Source: an uncultured delta proteobacterium (GTDB lineage: Bacteria; Myxococcota_A; Polyangia; Polyangiales; Houyiibacteriaceae). Taken from it: a stretch of 64,000 nucleotides of DNA. Shown piece after piece: positions 56,629-64,000 of this stretch (positions within the stretch are counted from its first letter, which is position 1; every line of letters begins with the position of its first letter). Below the pieces are notes generated by a model. That model saw nothing but the letters and a program-made list of their open reading frames with translations. It searched no databases and was not told the DNA's origin. A program made the position numbers and the translations under genes. The stretch lies in contig CAVOVB010000002.1 of the NCBI GenBank assembly GCA_963699755.1, positions 608,001 through 672,000 of the forward strand, read 5' to 3'.

Positions 56629-57927
56629 ATGGAAGAACAACTTTCGGAACTGACAACGTATGCAAACGCATTGTGGGTTCTCGTTAGCGCCGCACTCGTT
56701 TTCTTCATGCACGCGGGCTTCGCTCTCGTTGAGAGCGGGTTCTGCCGCAAGAAAAATGCGGTGATGGTGTTAATGAAGAACTTCGGTGTAGTCGCGATTT
56801 CGTCGATCATCTTTTATTTGGTTGGCTACGGCGTGATGTTTGGTGATGGTAATGCCTTCGTGGGGCTCGCGAAGTTCTTCCCGAACAACGGGGGAGCGGA
56901 TGCGGACCTACCACCATACGTCTTTCTCTTCTTCCAGCTCGTCTTCGCGGCGACCGCCTGCACGATCGTGTCGGGCGCAGTGGCAGAGCGCGCTCGCTTG
57001 CTGACCTTCTTCTTCTTCACCGCGATCGCGACCATCATCATCTACCCCGTGGTCGGTCACTGGGTCTGGGGCGGTGGCTGGCTCTCTGAAATGGGCTTTG
57101 TAGACTTCGCGGGAAGCACGGTCGTTCACGGTGTCGGCGGAGGTATGGCCTTGGCAGGCGCCCTGGTGGTCGGCCCGCGAATTGGCAAGTACAAGCCTGA
57201 TGGCTCGGTCAATCCGATGCCCGCCCACAACTTCCCCCTGGCCGCGCTCGGTGTGCTCATCCTGTGGCTCGGTTGGTTTGGTTTCAACGGCGGCTCGGAG
57301 CTCGCCATGGACGCCGAAGTAGGGCGAATCGTCCTGGTGACCAATCTCGCGGCTGCCGCCGGCTTCTGCGGCGCCCTGACCTGGATTCGGATCCGGAGCG
57401 GCCTTCTCGACCTTTCGATGGCCCTGAACGGCGCACTCGCCGGCCTCGTGGGCATCACCGCCGGCTGCTACAACATCACCGGCGGCTGGTCGATCGTCGT
57501 TGGCATCGTCGCCGGCATGCTCTGCGTTGAAGGCGTCCTGCTCATCGACAAGATGAAGATCGACGACCCGGTGGGTGCGATCACCGTCCACGGCGTCTGC
57601 GGTATCTTTGGAACGCTCGCCGTGGGCCTGGTCGGCTACGGCAGCGCCGGGACCGGCGAAGAGCCCATGGGCCTTCTCGTTGGCGGCGGGGCCTCGCAGC
57701 TCGTGACTCAAGCGATCGGTGTCAGCGCAGGCGTTGCATTTGCCTTCGTCGTCGGCATGGTCGTCTGGCTTGCCATGAAGTTCCTCGTGCCTGGTGGCGT
57801 CCGCGTCTCCGAAGCGCACGAGCTCGAGGGTCTCGACATCGCCGAGTGCGGCGTCGAAGCCTACAACGAGGAGCTCAAGGGCTTCCACACCGGTGCCACC
57901 GCCATGTCGGCGGCGCCCGCGGAGTAG
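56629..57927 (+). CDS. amt: Ammonium transporter (Amt family)
   Basis: AGFALVESG, SGAVAER, DFAGSTVVH, LWLGWFGFNGGS, DDPVGAITVHG, EGLD. Confidence 0.96.
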   Translation: MEEQLSELTTYANALWVLVSAALVFFMHAGFALVESGFCRKKNAVMVLMKNFGVVAISSIIFYLVGYGVMFGDGNAFVGLAKFFPNNGGADADLPPYVFLFFQLVFAATACTIVSGAVAERARLLTFFFFTAIATIIIYPVVGHWVWGGGWLSEMGFVDFAGSTVVHGVGGGMALAGALVVGPRIGKYKPDGSVNPMPAHNFPLAALGVLILWLGWFGFNGGSELAMDAEVGRIVLVTNLAAAAGFCGALTWIRIRSGLLDLSMALNGALAGLVGITAGCYNITGGWSIVVGIVAGMLCVEGVLLIDKMKIDDPVGAITVHGVCGIFGTLAVGLVGYGSAGTGEEPMGLLVGGGASQLVTQAIGVSAGVAFAFVVGMVVWLAMKFLVPGGVRVSEAHELEGLDIAECGVEAYNEELKGFHTGATAMSAAPAE

Positions 57928-57934
57928 TGAGCTT

Positions 57935-57993
57935 CGGGAGGAGGGGCGGAGCGGCTCCCCGGTCTGCTTCGCCCCTCTTCTCGACCCTTTTTT
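57935..57993 (+). terminator. Stem-loop with T-tract between amt and the porin-like gene
   Basis: GAGGAGGGGCGGAGC...GCTTCGCCCCTCTTC then CCCTTTTTT. Confidence 0.6.
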
Positions 57994-58053
57994 CAATGTT
58001 GGTTTCTGAACATGGATTTTGAGCGTGGAGACACGCTGGGAGTGGAGGTAGTG

Positions 58054-59364
58054 ATGAGGAAGTTTCTTTCCCTGGCGGTGATGTGCAGTCTGGCGTTTCC
58101 CGCAATGGCGCTTGCGCAGCCGGAGGTGCCCAAAGAGATCGCTGACGAAATGGGCGAGGGAATACCCGCCGAATCGGAACCGGGAGCTGAAATGGAGGCC
58201 GAGGAAACGCCTCGGGAGGAAGCCCTGATGGCCGGGCCCGAATCGCCGAAAGTGGCGATGGACGACATCGCCGAGGAGGAGCCAGCCGAGGGTGCATCCT
58301 GGAAGGACGGCCTGTCCTGGATGGTGATGGCAAGCGCCTTCTATCGCGTCGGCGGTTACACCGATGACGGCGTCGTCGCTGGAACTTACAACGACATCGG
58401 ATACCCCTATACGAACTACAACGGCTTCGGCCTGAACTTTGCCGGTGGTGACCTGATGTACACCGGCGAGAAGTTTGCGGTGCGTTTGGACCTCCGCTTT
58501 GGCGAGGGCGCCCCGCTCTTGAGCCCGATCGCACCCATCAAGCAGGGCTATGTGAGTTGGATGCCGAGCGACAAGGTGAGCCTGGACTTCGGCTTCTTCG
58601 ACACGGTCTTCGGCGGCGAGGTCGTCGACGAGTGGAACAACGCCAACTACACGCGCGGCGCCCTCTACTTCTTGCGTCAACCGTTCAACCACATGGGCAT
58701 TCGCTCGGCGTTCGCCCTCTCGGACCTCGTGGGTCTGACAGTCATGCTGACCAACGGCGGTGTCCTCGGTGGCACACCGATCGATAAGAACGAGACGCCC
58801 ACCATCGGCTGGCAGCTCTCCTTTACCGGCGAGGATGAAAAGGCTGGATTCTTCTTCGGCGGACAGCACGGCGCAGGCGGGGACAACGACAACAAGAACT
58901 GGGAACAGTTCTTCGACTGGGTGCTGACCGCGAACGCAGGCATCTTTTCGCTCATCGCCAACGGCGACTACCAGCTCAGCCCGACCGGCACGGTTGATGA
59001 CCCCACGGGTGTGTTGGACGGGAAGATCTTCGCTTACGGTCACAGCCTGCAGCTGATCTTCGATGCGAGTGACAAGTTCTCGATCGGTGTACGCGGCGAG
59101 CACTTGAGCGGAAACGGCAACTTCCGTGCATTCGTGCCCGACTCGGATGGGGGCGTGAACTTCGTATCGGACTCCGGTCTCGCGACCGCCACATTGACTC
59201 TCCGCTACAAGCCCGTCCAGTACCTCGTGCTCAGCCTCGAGGGTCGCGGCGAGTGGAATACGCGTGAGATCTACTTTGCTAGGTCTTCCGTCTTGGAAGG
59301 CGGGCCTCTCAAAAAGCAGAACTACGCGGCCATCCTGGGCTTCACCGCCTACATCGGTAACTAG
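58054..59364 (+). CDS. Outer-membrane beta-barrel (putative porin, BBP2-like) with acidic N-terminal extension
   Basis: Signal peptide, RBS GGAGGT; QGYVSW..., G.FDTVFGGE....NNANYTR...QPFNHMG; amphipathic strands. Confidence 0.75.
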   Translation: MRKFLSLAVMCSLAFPAMALAQPEVPKEIADEMGEGIPAESEPGAEMEAEETPREEALMAGPESPKVAMDDIAEEEPAEGASWKDGLSWMVMASAFYRVGGYTDDGVVAGTYNDIGYPYTNYNGFGLNFAGGDLMYTGEKFAVRLDLRFGEGAPLLSPIAPIKQGYVSWMPSDKVSLDFGFFDTVFGGEVVDEWNNANYTRGALYFLRQPFNHMGIRSAFALSDLVGLTVMLTNGGVLGGTPIDKNETPTIGWQLSFTGEDEKAGFFFGGQHGAGGDNDNKNWEQFFDWVLTANAGIFSLIANGDYQLSPTGTVDDPTGVLDGKIFAYGHSLQLIFDASDKFSIGVRGEHLSGNGNFRAFVPDSDGGVNFVSDSGLATATLTLRYKPVQYLVLSLEGRGEWNTREIYFARSSVLEGGPLKKQNYAAILGFTAYIGN

Positions 59365-59386
59365 CTTCACGTAGGGTTCACAGGTG

Positions 59387-59420
59387 GAAGGCCGGCTCGA
59401 AAGGGCCGGCCTTCTGTCGT
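59387..59420 (+). terminator. Stem-loop terminator after the porin-like gene
   Basis: GAAGGCCGGC-TCGAAAGG-GCCGGCCTTC then TGTCGTT. Confidence 0.7.
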
Positions 59421-59422
59421 TA

Positions 59423-59444
59423 ACAGCTACAGCTACAGCTACAG
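59423..59444 (+). repeat. Hexamer microsatellite (ACAGCT), three copies plus ACAG
   Basis: ACAGCTACAGCTACAGCTACAG. Confidence 0.85.
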
Positions 59445-59657
59445 GGGCAGCTAGGCTGAGCGTGGCTGTGGCGCTGACGCCGACGGTGCGACAAGCCATG
59501 CGCGGCAGCGCGAGCCCGAAGGGCGAAGCCCGGCGCGAAGCGCGCCGCCAAGCCCAGAGCGAAGCAATGGGCGCGCAGGGAGGACTACGGGTTGGGGGTG
59601 GGCGGGCGGTACAACCAAACACTGGCGCTGGCGCTGTGATCCCGCTAGCTACTTCCC

Positions 59658-60479
59658 GTGCTCGACGACTCCGTGAGACAGCTACTCGACCGGCCGCACA
59701 AGTTGGTGCTCTGGCTCACCGGCGCGGGGATCTCCGCGGAGAGCGGCATCCCGACCTTCCGCGGGCCCGAGGGTTATTGGCGCGTCGGCTCTCGGAACTA
59801 CCAGCCCGAGGAGATGGCGACCCGGTATGCGTTTGAACAGATGCCGGAGGAAGTTTGGGCTTGGTATCTCTACCGACGCGGGGTTTGCCGGCGTGCGAAG
59901 CTCGACGCCGCGCACCTCGCCCTGGTCAAGGCCGAGCAGCGCGCCCGTGACCGCTTTCTACTGGTGACCCAGAACGTCGACGGGCTCCACCTGCGGGCCG
60001 GCAATACGCTCGATCGCACCTACCAGATTCACGGCAACATCGATTTCATGCGCTGCACGAAAGACTGTCTTCCCGGGCCCGTGCCGCTGCCCGATGGCGT
60101 CCAGGTCGCGTGGGAAAAGGGCCGAGCGCTCAGCGGCCAGGAGCTCGATCAGCTGCGTTGCCCTTCATGCGGCGCCATGGCTAGGCCGCACGTGCTCTGG
60201 TTCGACGAACGCTACGACGAGCCGAACTTCCGATTCCAAAGCTCGATCGACGCTGCCCGACGCGCCTCGCTGCTGATCGTCGTTGGCACGACGGGGGCGA
60301 CGTCGCTGCCGATTCACATCGGCACGATTGCGGCGCAGCGCGGCGTCCCGATGATCGTCGTCAACCCGGAGCCGAATCCGTTCAGCAACCTCGTGCAACG
60401 CACGGGGCATGGTGCATTTGTTTCGGGCACGGCGGGCCACTGGGTGCCAAAGCTCGTGGACGCTCTGCCCTCGGCCTGA
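59658..60479 (+). CDS. cobB: NAD-dependent protein deacylase (sirtuin)
   Basis: TGAGISAESGIPTFRG, YxxR (WYLYRR), TQNVDGLH, HG, Cys pairs, RPHVLWFDE, VVN. Confidence 0.9.
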   Translation: MLDDSVRQLLDRPHKLVLWLTGAGISAESGIPTFRGPEGYWRVGSRNYQPEEMATRYAFEQMPEEVWAWYLYRRGVCRRAKLDAAHLALVKAEQRARDRFLLVTQNVDGLHLRAGNTLDRTYQIHGNIDFMRCTKDCLPGPVPLPDGVQVAWEKGRALSGQELDQLRCPSCGAMARPHVLWFDERYDEPNFRFQSSIDAARRASLLIVVGTTGATSLPIHIGTIAAQRGVPMIVVNPEPNPFSNLVQRTGHGAFVSGTAGHWVPKLVDALPSA

Positions 60480-60532
60480 GGGGCCCTGCAGGGGCCTTGC
60501 CTCCACCGTACTTCGGGGATACCTATCCCTAG

Positions 60533-61390
60533 ATGTCACGACTTCTCGTCTGGGTCTCTTGCTTGGGACTACTCGCTTCGTGCGGGAAGGAAAGCCAGTC
60601 GGCGCGCTACCCCGACCGACCCGCCGGGCAGTGCAGCCGCGCCGCGGGGGCAACCTGCGAGCCTGGCTTCGTTTGTCACTATGCCCCAAACGCCGAGTGC
60701 GGCGAATCGGGCGCAGAGGGTGCCTGCTTCCCGATGCCGTCGACCTGCACCAAAGACTACAGCCCAATCTGTGGCTGCGACGGTCGCACCTATCTCAACA
60801 TCTGTGTGGCTCATTCGCATGGCGTGTCGCCTCGTCAATCTGGGGAGTGCCCCACCTCAGGGGCGCCAGGCGTGCCGGCCGGCCCAGTCGGTAGCTGTGG
60901 GGCGGGAGGCGCAGCAGAGTCGTGCGCAGCTGGTTTCTTCTGCCGATACACCGAAGAGCAGTACTGCGGTGAAGTCTCGGGCCCCGGCGAGTGTGCGGAA
61001 CAGCCTACTGTCTGCACAAAGGAGTGGGCGCCCGTTTGCGGCTGTGACGGACGCAACTACAGCAACGACTGCGTGGCGCACTCGCATGGCGTTTCGATAC
61101 GGCACCGCGGCCTCTGTCAGGATGCAGGACAGGCCGCTGCAGGGGCGGTCGGTGCGAGCTGCGGCATTGCAGGCGCCAGCACCTGCGCCACGGGACTCTT
61201 CTGCGAGTTCTCGCCGGCAGCGAAATGCGGCGCGGCGAACAAGCCAGGGAAGTGCCAGCCCCGCCCGCAGGCGTGCACGGCCGAATACAACCCGGTCTGC
61301 GGCTGCGACGGCAAGACCTACGCGAACGGGTGCTCGGCGCAGGCCGCCGGCGTATCGATCAAGAGCGAGGGCGCCTGCCCCGCTCCCTGA
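60533..61390 (+). CDS. Lipoprotein with three Kazal-type protease-inhibitor domains
   Basis: Lipobox LLAS-C; CTKDYSPICGCDGRTY.N.C, CTKEWAPVCGCDGRNYSNDC, CTAEYNPVCGCDGKTYANGC. Confidence 0.88.
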   Translation: MSRLLVWVSCLGLLASCGKESQSARYPDRPAGQCSRAAGATCEPGFVCHYAPNAECGESGAEGACFPMPSTCTKDYSPICGCDGRTYLNICVAHSHGVSPRQSGECPTSGAPGVPAGPVGSCGAGGAAESCAAGFFCRYTEEQYCGEVSGPGECAEQPTVCTKEWAPVCGCDGRNYSNDCVAHSHGVSIRHRGLCQDAGQAAAGAVGASCGIAGASTCATGLFCEFSPAAKCGAANKPGKCQPRPQACTAEYNPVCGCDGKTYANGCSAQAAGVSIKSEGACPAP

Positions 61391-61523
61391 TCGAGTCACT
61401 GCGCGCTCTGCGTCGTCCCAACCCGACTCCCCGGCGACCTGGAGCAGACCACGAAGAAACGGCTTGCCTTCGATGACAGGCCTTCCGTATGCTCCGCCCC
61501 CACTCATTGGAAAAGGGGAGTCC

Positions 61524-62009
61524 ATGAAGAAAACCACGCTTGCATTGCTCGTCCTCGCGATGGCCTCGATGTCAGCCTGCAAGAAGAAAGAAGCCACGCC
61601 GGAACCGCCCGCCCCCGCTGCCGAAAAGGCACCTGCGCCCGAACCCGAGGCGGCAGAGCCAGCCGAGCCAGCCGGACCCGCGATCCCCGAGGTCGCGCTC
61701 ACGGGCAGTGCATCGGAAAACCTGGTTGCTGTTTTCGAGGCAGGGGTCAACGCCCTCAAAGGCGCCGGCGATGCGGCAACGGGCGCCGCCATCCTGACCG
61801 GTATCCTCGAGAAATACGACGTTGCTGATCTTCGCGCGAAGTCCAAGGCCGCTAAGGCAGCGGGAGAAGGCGCCTCGGACGCCACGAAAGCGAAATTCAA
61901 GGCGCTGAAGGCGGAGTACGCCGAAGTGTCGACGAAGCTTGGGGCAAGCGATCCCAAAGCGTTTGGAGAGGCCGCAAAGGCCTGGGCCGCGGCCTGGGGC
62001 CTGAACTAG
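61524..62009 (+). CDS. Lipoprotein with Pro/Ala linker and helical domain
   Basis: RBS GGGGAG; MKKTTLALLVLAMASMSA-CKKK. Confidence 0.8.
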   Translation: MKKTTLALLVLAMASMSACKKKEATPEPPAPAAEKAPAPEPEAAEPAEPAGPAIPEVALTGSASENLVAVFEAGVNALKGAGDAATGAAILTGILEKYDVADLRAKSKAAKAAGEGASDATKAKFKALKAEYAEVSTKLGASDPKAFGEAAKAWAAAWGLN

Positions 62010-62015
62010 GAGTGA

Positions 62016-62285
62016 ATGATGGCATCAGATGACAAGATCGCAGCATTGCAAGAAGCGCTCGACATTTGCGGGTACGAGCCCGGGAAGCACGACGGCATGA
62101 TGGGCAAGCGAACGCGGAATGCGATTCGCGACTTCCAGAAAGACGCCGGCATCGATGTCGACGGCGACGTCGGTCCGCAAACCCGGGGCGCGCTCGCACA
62201 GAAGCTCGGTGAAGTCTCGGTTCGCGCGCAACACCTCGCGGGCTTTTTTCAGGGCGGCGGCCAGAGCGTCGAAGACGAGCTCTAA
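62016..62285 (+). CDS. Small stand-alone peptidoglycan-binding domain protein
   Basis: LQEAL..CGY.PG..DG.MG.RT..AIRDFQ...GI.VDG.VGPQT..AL; RBS AGGAG. Confidence 0.85.
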   Translation: MMASDDKIAALQEALDICGYEPGKHDGMMGKRTRNAIRDFQKDAGIDVDGDVGPQTRGALAQKLGEVSVRAQHLAGFFQGGGQSVEDEL

Positions 62286-62312
62286 GCCAAAACCGAGACC
62301 GGAGAGGCTCCT

Positions 62313-63161
62313 TTGCGCTGGAAAGGCAGAAAGCAGAGCACGCACGTCGAGGATCGCCGAGGCGTGCGCGCCGGGCCGAAGCTTGCTGGCGGAGGAATCG
62401 GGCTCCTGGTCTTGGTCGGCGTCGGGTTGTTCTTGGGTGTCGACCCGAGCGCGCTGATGCAAATCGTTCAGACTCAGCAGAGCGCTCCGGCACCATCCGC
62501 TCAAAGAACTGCGCTCGAAGACGAGCAGGCGCAGTTCGTCGCCACCGTCCTCGCGGACACCGAGGACACCTGGAACGAGGTGTTTGAAGAGGCTGGTCGC
62601 GACTACCGCGAGCCGAGCCTAGTGCTGTTCAGCGGTTCGGTTCGCTCAGCCTGCGGCTTTGCGCAAGCTGCGATGGGGCCGTTCTATTGCCCCGCCGACC
62701 AGAAGGTCTACATCGACCTGAGCTTCTACTCCGACCTGCAGAATCGCTTTCGGGCGCCGGGTGACTTCGCCCAAGCCTACGTGATCGCACACGAGGTTGG
62801 GCATCATGTGCAAACGCTCCTCGGCATCTCGGAGCAAGTAGAGCGGGAACAGGCACAGCTCAGCAGAGTGGAAGCCAATCAGCTCTCGGTCCGCCAAGAG
62901 CTCCAAGCGGATTGTTTGGCAGGCATTTGGGCGCACCACGCAGACCGGACTCGCGCCTTGCTCGAGCAAGGTGACATCGAAGAAGGTCTGAATGCGGCAA
63001 GCGCCATTGGAGATGATCGCTTGCAGAAACAGTCCCAGGGCTACGTCACGCCGGAGTCGTTCACGCACGGAAGCTCCGCGCAGCGTGTGAACTGGTTCAA
63101 GCGCGGATATGGCAGCGGCGATGTGAACGCCTGCGATACGTTTGGCGAGTCCGGGCTCTGA
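62313..63161 (+). CDS. ypfJ: YpfJ-family neutral zinc metallopeptidase
   Basis: RWKGR..S..VEDRR, GPFYCPAD, AYVIAHEVGHHVQ, ELQADC, FTHGSS.QR. Confidence 0.92.
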   Translation: MRWKGRKQSTHVEDRRGVRAGPKLAGGGIGLLVLVGVGLFLGVDPSALMQIVQTQQSAPAPSAQRTALEDEQAQFVATVLADTEDTWNEVFEEAGRDYREPSLVLFSGSVRSACGFAQAAMGPFYCPADQKVYIDLSFYSDLQNRFRAPGDFAQAYVIAHEVGHHVQTLLGISEQVEREQAQLSRVEANQLSVRQELQADCLAGIWAHHADRTRALLEQGDIEEGLNAASAIGDDRLQKQSQGYVTPESFTHGSSAQRVNWFKRGYGSGDVNACDTFGESGL

Positions 63162-63181
63162 CACCGATCATACGCTCGGAA

Positions 63182-63799
63182 ATGGTCGACCTCCTCAGAA
63201 CCGGCCCTCCCTCGTCCCCTCGTCTTCTGCTCGCTCACGGGGCCGGTGGGCCGATGGACTCTCCGTTCATGGATGCGATCAGCCACGCGATCGCGGGGGC
63301 CCGCATCGAAGTCATCCGATTCGAGTTCGAATACATGGCCAAGCGGCGCAAGGATGGAAGGCGACGTGGACCCGATCGCGCAGCTACGCTCATCGTCCGC
63401 TTCAAAGAAGTGCTCAACCTCGTGGGACCGTCGGCGGAAGTCGCGATCGGAGGCAAGTCGCTGGGCGGGCGGATCGCCTCGATGATCGCGGACGAGGTCG
63501 GCGCGGCAGGGGTCGTCTGCCTAGGCTATCCATTTCATGCACCGGGCAAACCCGAACAGCTTCGCACCGACCACCTCGAGGCCTTGAAGACCCCGACTCT
63601 GATCGTCCAAGGCACGCGCGATCGGTTCGGCACTGAAGAAGAAGTCGCGACCTACTCGCTCTCACCTGCGATCGAGCTCGCCTGGATTGAAGACGGCGAC
63701 CATTCATTGAAGCCGCGAAAGAAGAGCGGCATCACCCTGGCGCAGAACCTCGACGCAGCCGCCGACGCTCTTGTCAGCTTCGTTCGGCGCCACGGGTGA
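63182..63799 (+). CDS. Alpha/beta hydrolase (KANL3/Tex30-like)
   Basis: LAHGAG, GGKSLGGR, LGYPFH, QGTRD.FG, DGDHSL. Confidence 0.88.
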   Translation: MVDLLRTGPPSSPRLLLAHGAGGPMDSPFMDAISHAIAGARIEVIRFEFEYMAKRRKDGRRRGPDRAATLIVRFKEVLNLVGPSAEVAIGGKSLGGRIASMIADEVGAAGVVCLGYPFHAPGKPEQLRTDHLEALKTPTLIVQGTRDRFGTEEEVATYSLSPAIELAWIEDGDHSLKPRKKSGITLAQNLDAAADALVSFVRRHG

Positions 63800-64000
63800 G
63801 CTGAACGATGTCTTCGAAGCTCGTCTTGGACGGCAGGCCGTCGGAAAACCAATACTGCTCGACATGCCCCGGGCTCACAGCGGCAATAATCGAGGATACT
63901 GTGCCGTAGACGGGGGTCTTGACACAGATCGCTTGTAGGTAACGGGCCACTTCCTGGTCGAAGGGCGCGCCTGGGGGGACCGGCGGAACTTCCGAAGGGT
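63774..64000 (-). CDS. C-terminus of an NRDE/TANGO2-like protein entering from the right edge
   Basis: Minus frame reads ...QAICVKTPVYGTVSSIIA...QYWFSDGLPSKTSFED...*, resembling the YGTxS motif of NRDE proteins. Confidence 0.55.
   Translation of the reverse strand, partial: PSEVPPVPPGAPFDQEVARYLQAICVKTPVYGTVSSIIAAVSPGHVEQYWFSDGLPSKTSFEDIVQLTRGAERS

Noticed and set aside
56908..59622. 904-aa ORF on the minus strand
   Set aside because: Antisense shadow of amt and the porin gene, with no recognisable motifs; typical of high-GC codon bias.

Overview
A GC-rich, densely packed chromosomal segment. Gene content points to Myxococcota (MXAN_5187-like C-terminal domain protein, J-domain/TPR protein, Cys-rich lipoproteins, TSP3-repeat outer-membrane protein, Hanks kinase, multi-domain DsbA); the taxonomy is inferred. 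Most genes are housekeeping: hisD, ttcA, cysS, radC, rpmH-rnpA-yidD-yidC-jag, rsmG, amgK, pspA, pcrA/uvrD, an ECF sigma/anti-sigma pair, PBP1A, nnrS with a two-component system, a dprE1/E2-like pair, metK, nadB, mrp, rarA, ccmC, gcvPB, add, amt, a sirtuin and ypfJ. I saw no rRNA, tRNA, CRISPR array, transposase or integrase. The best candidate for an undescribed system is a signal-peptide-bearing, Cys-rich 118-aa upstream ORF ending in ...ERPPR-stop. Its Arg-Pro-Pro codons are complementary to the hairpin that follows, and it sits directly upstream of a triple-CPFC DsbA gene, an arrangement that resembles arrest-peptide attenuation. Other leads are an exported Fam20/Four-jointed-like kinase, a TPR plus Cys-rich lipoprotein pair, an AblB-like GNAT/CesT/PspA operon, a Cys-motif sensor kinase upstream of nnrS, an unannotated 42-aa ORF after ccmC/ccmD, and two structured intergenic elements. 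All calls come from reading motifs by eye; no searches were run.
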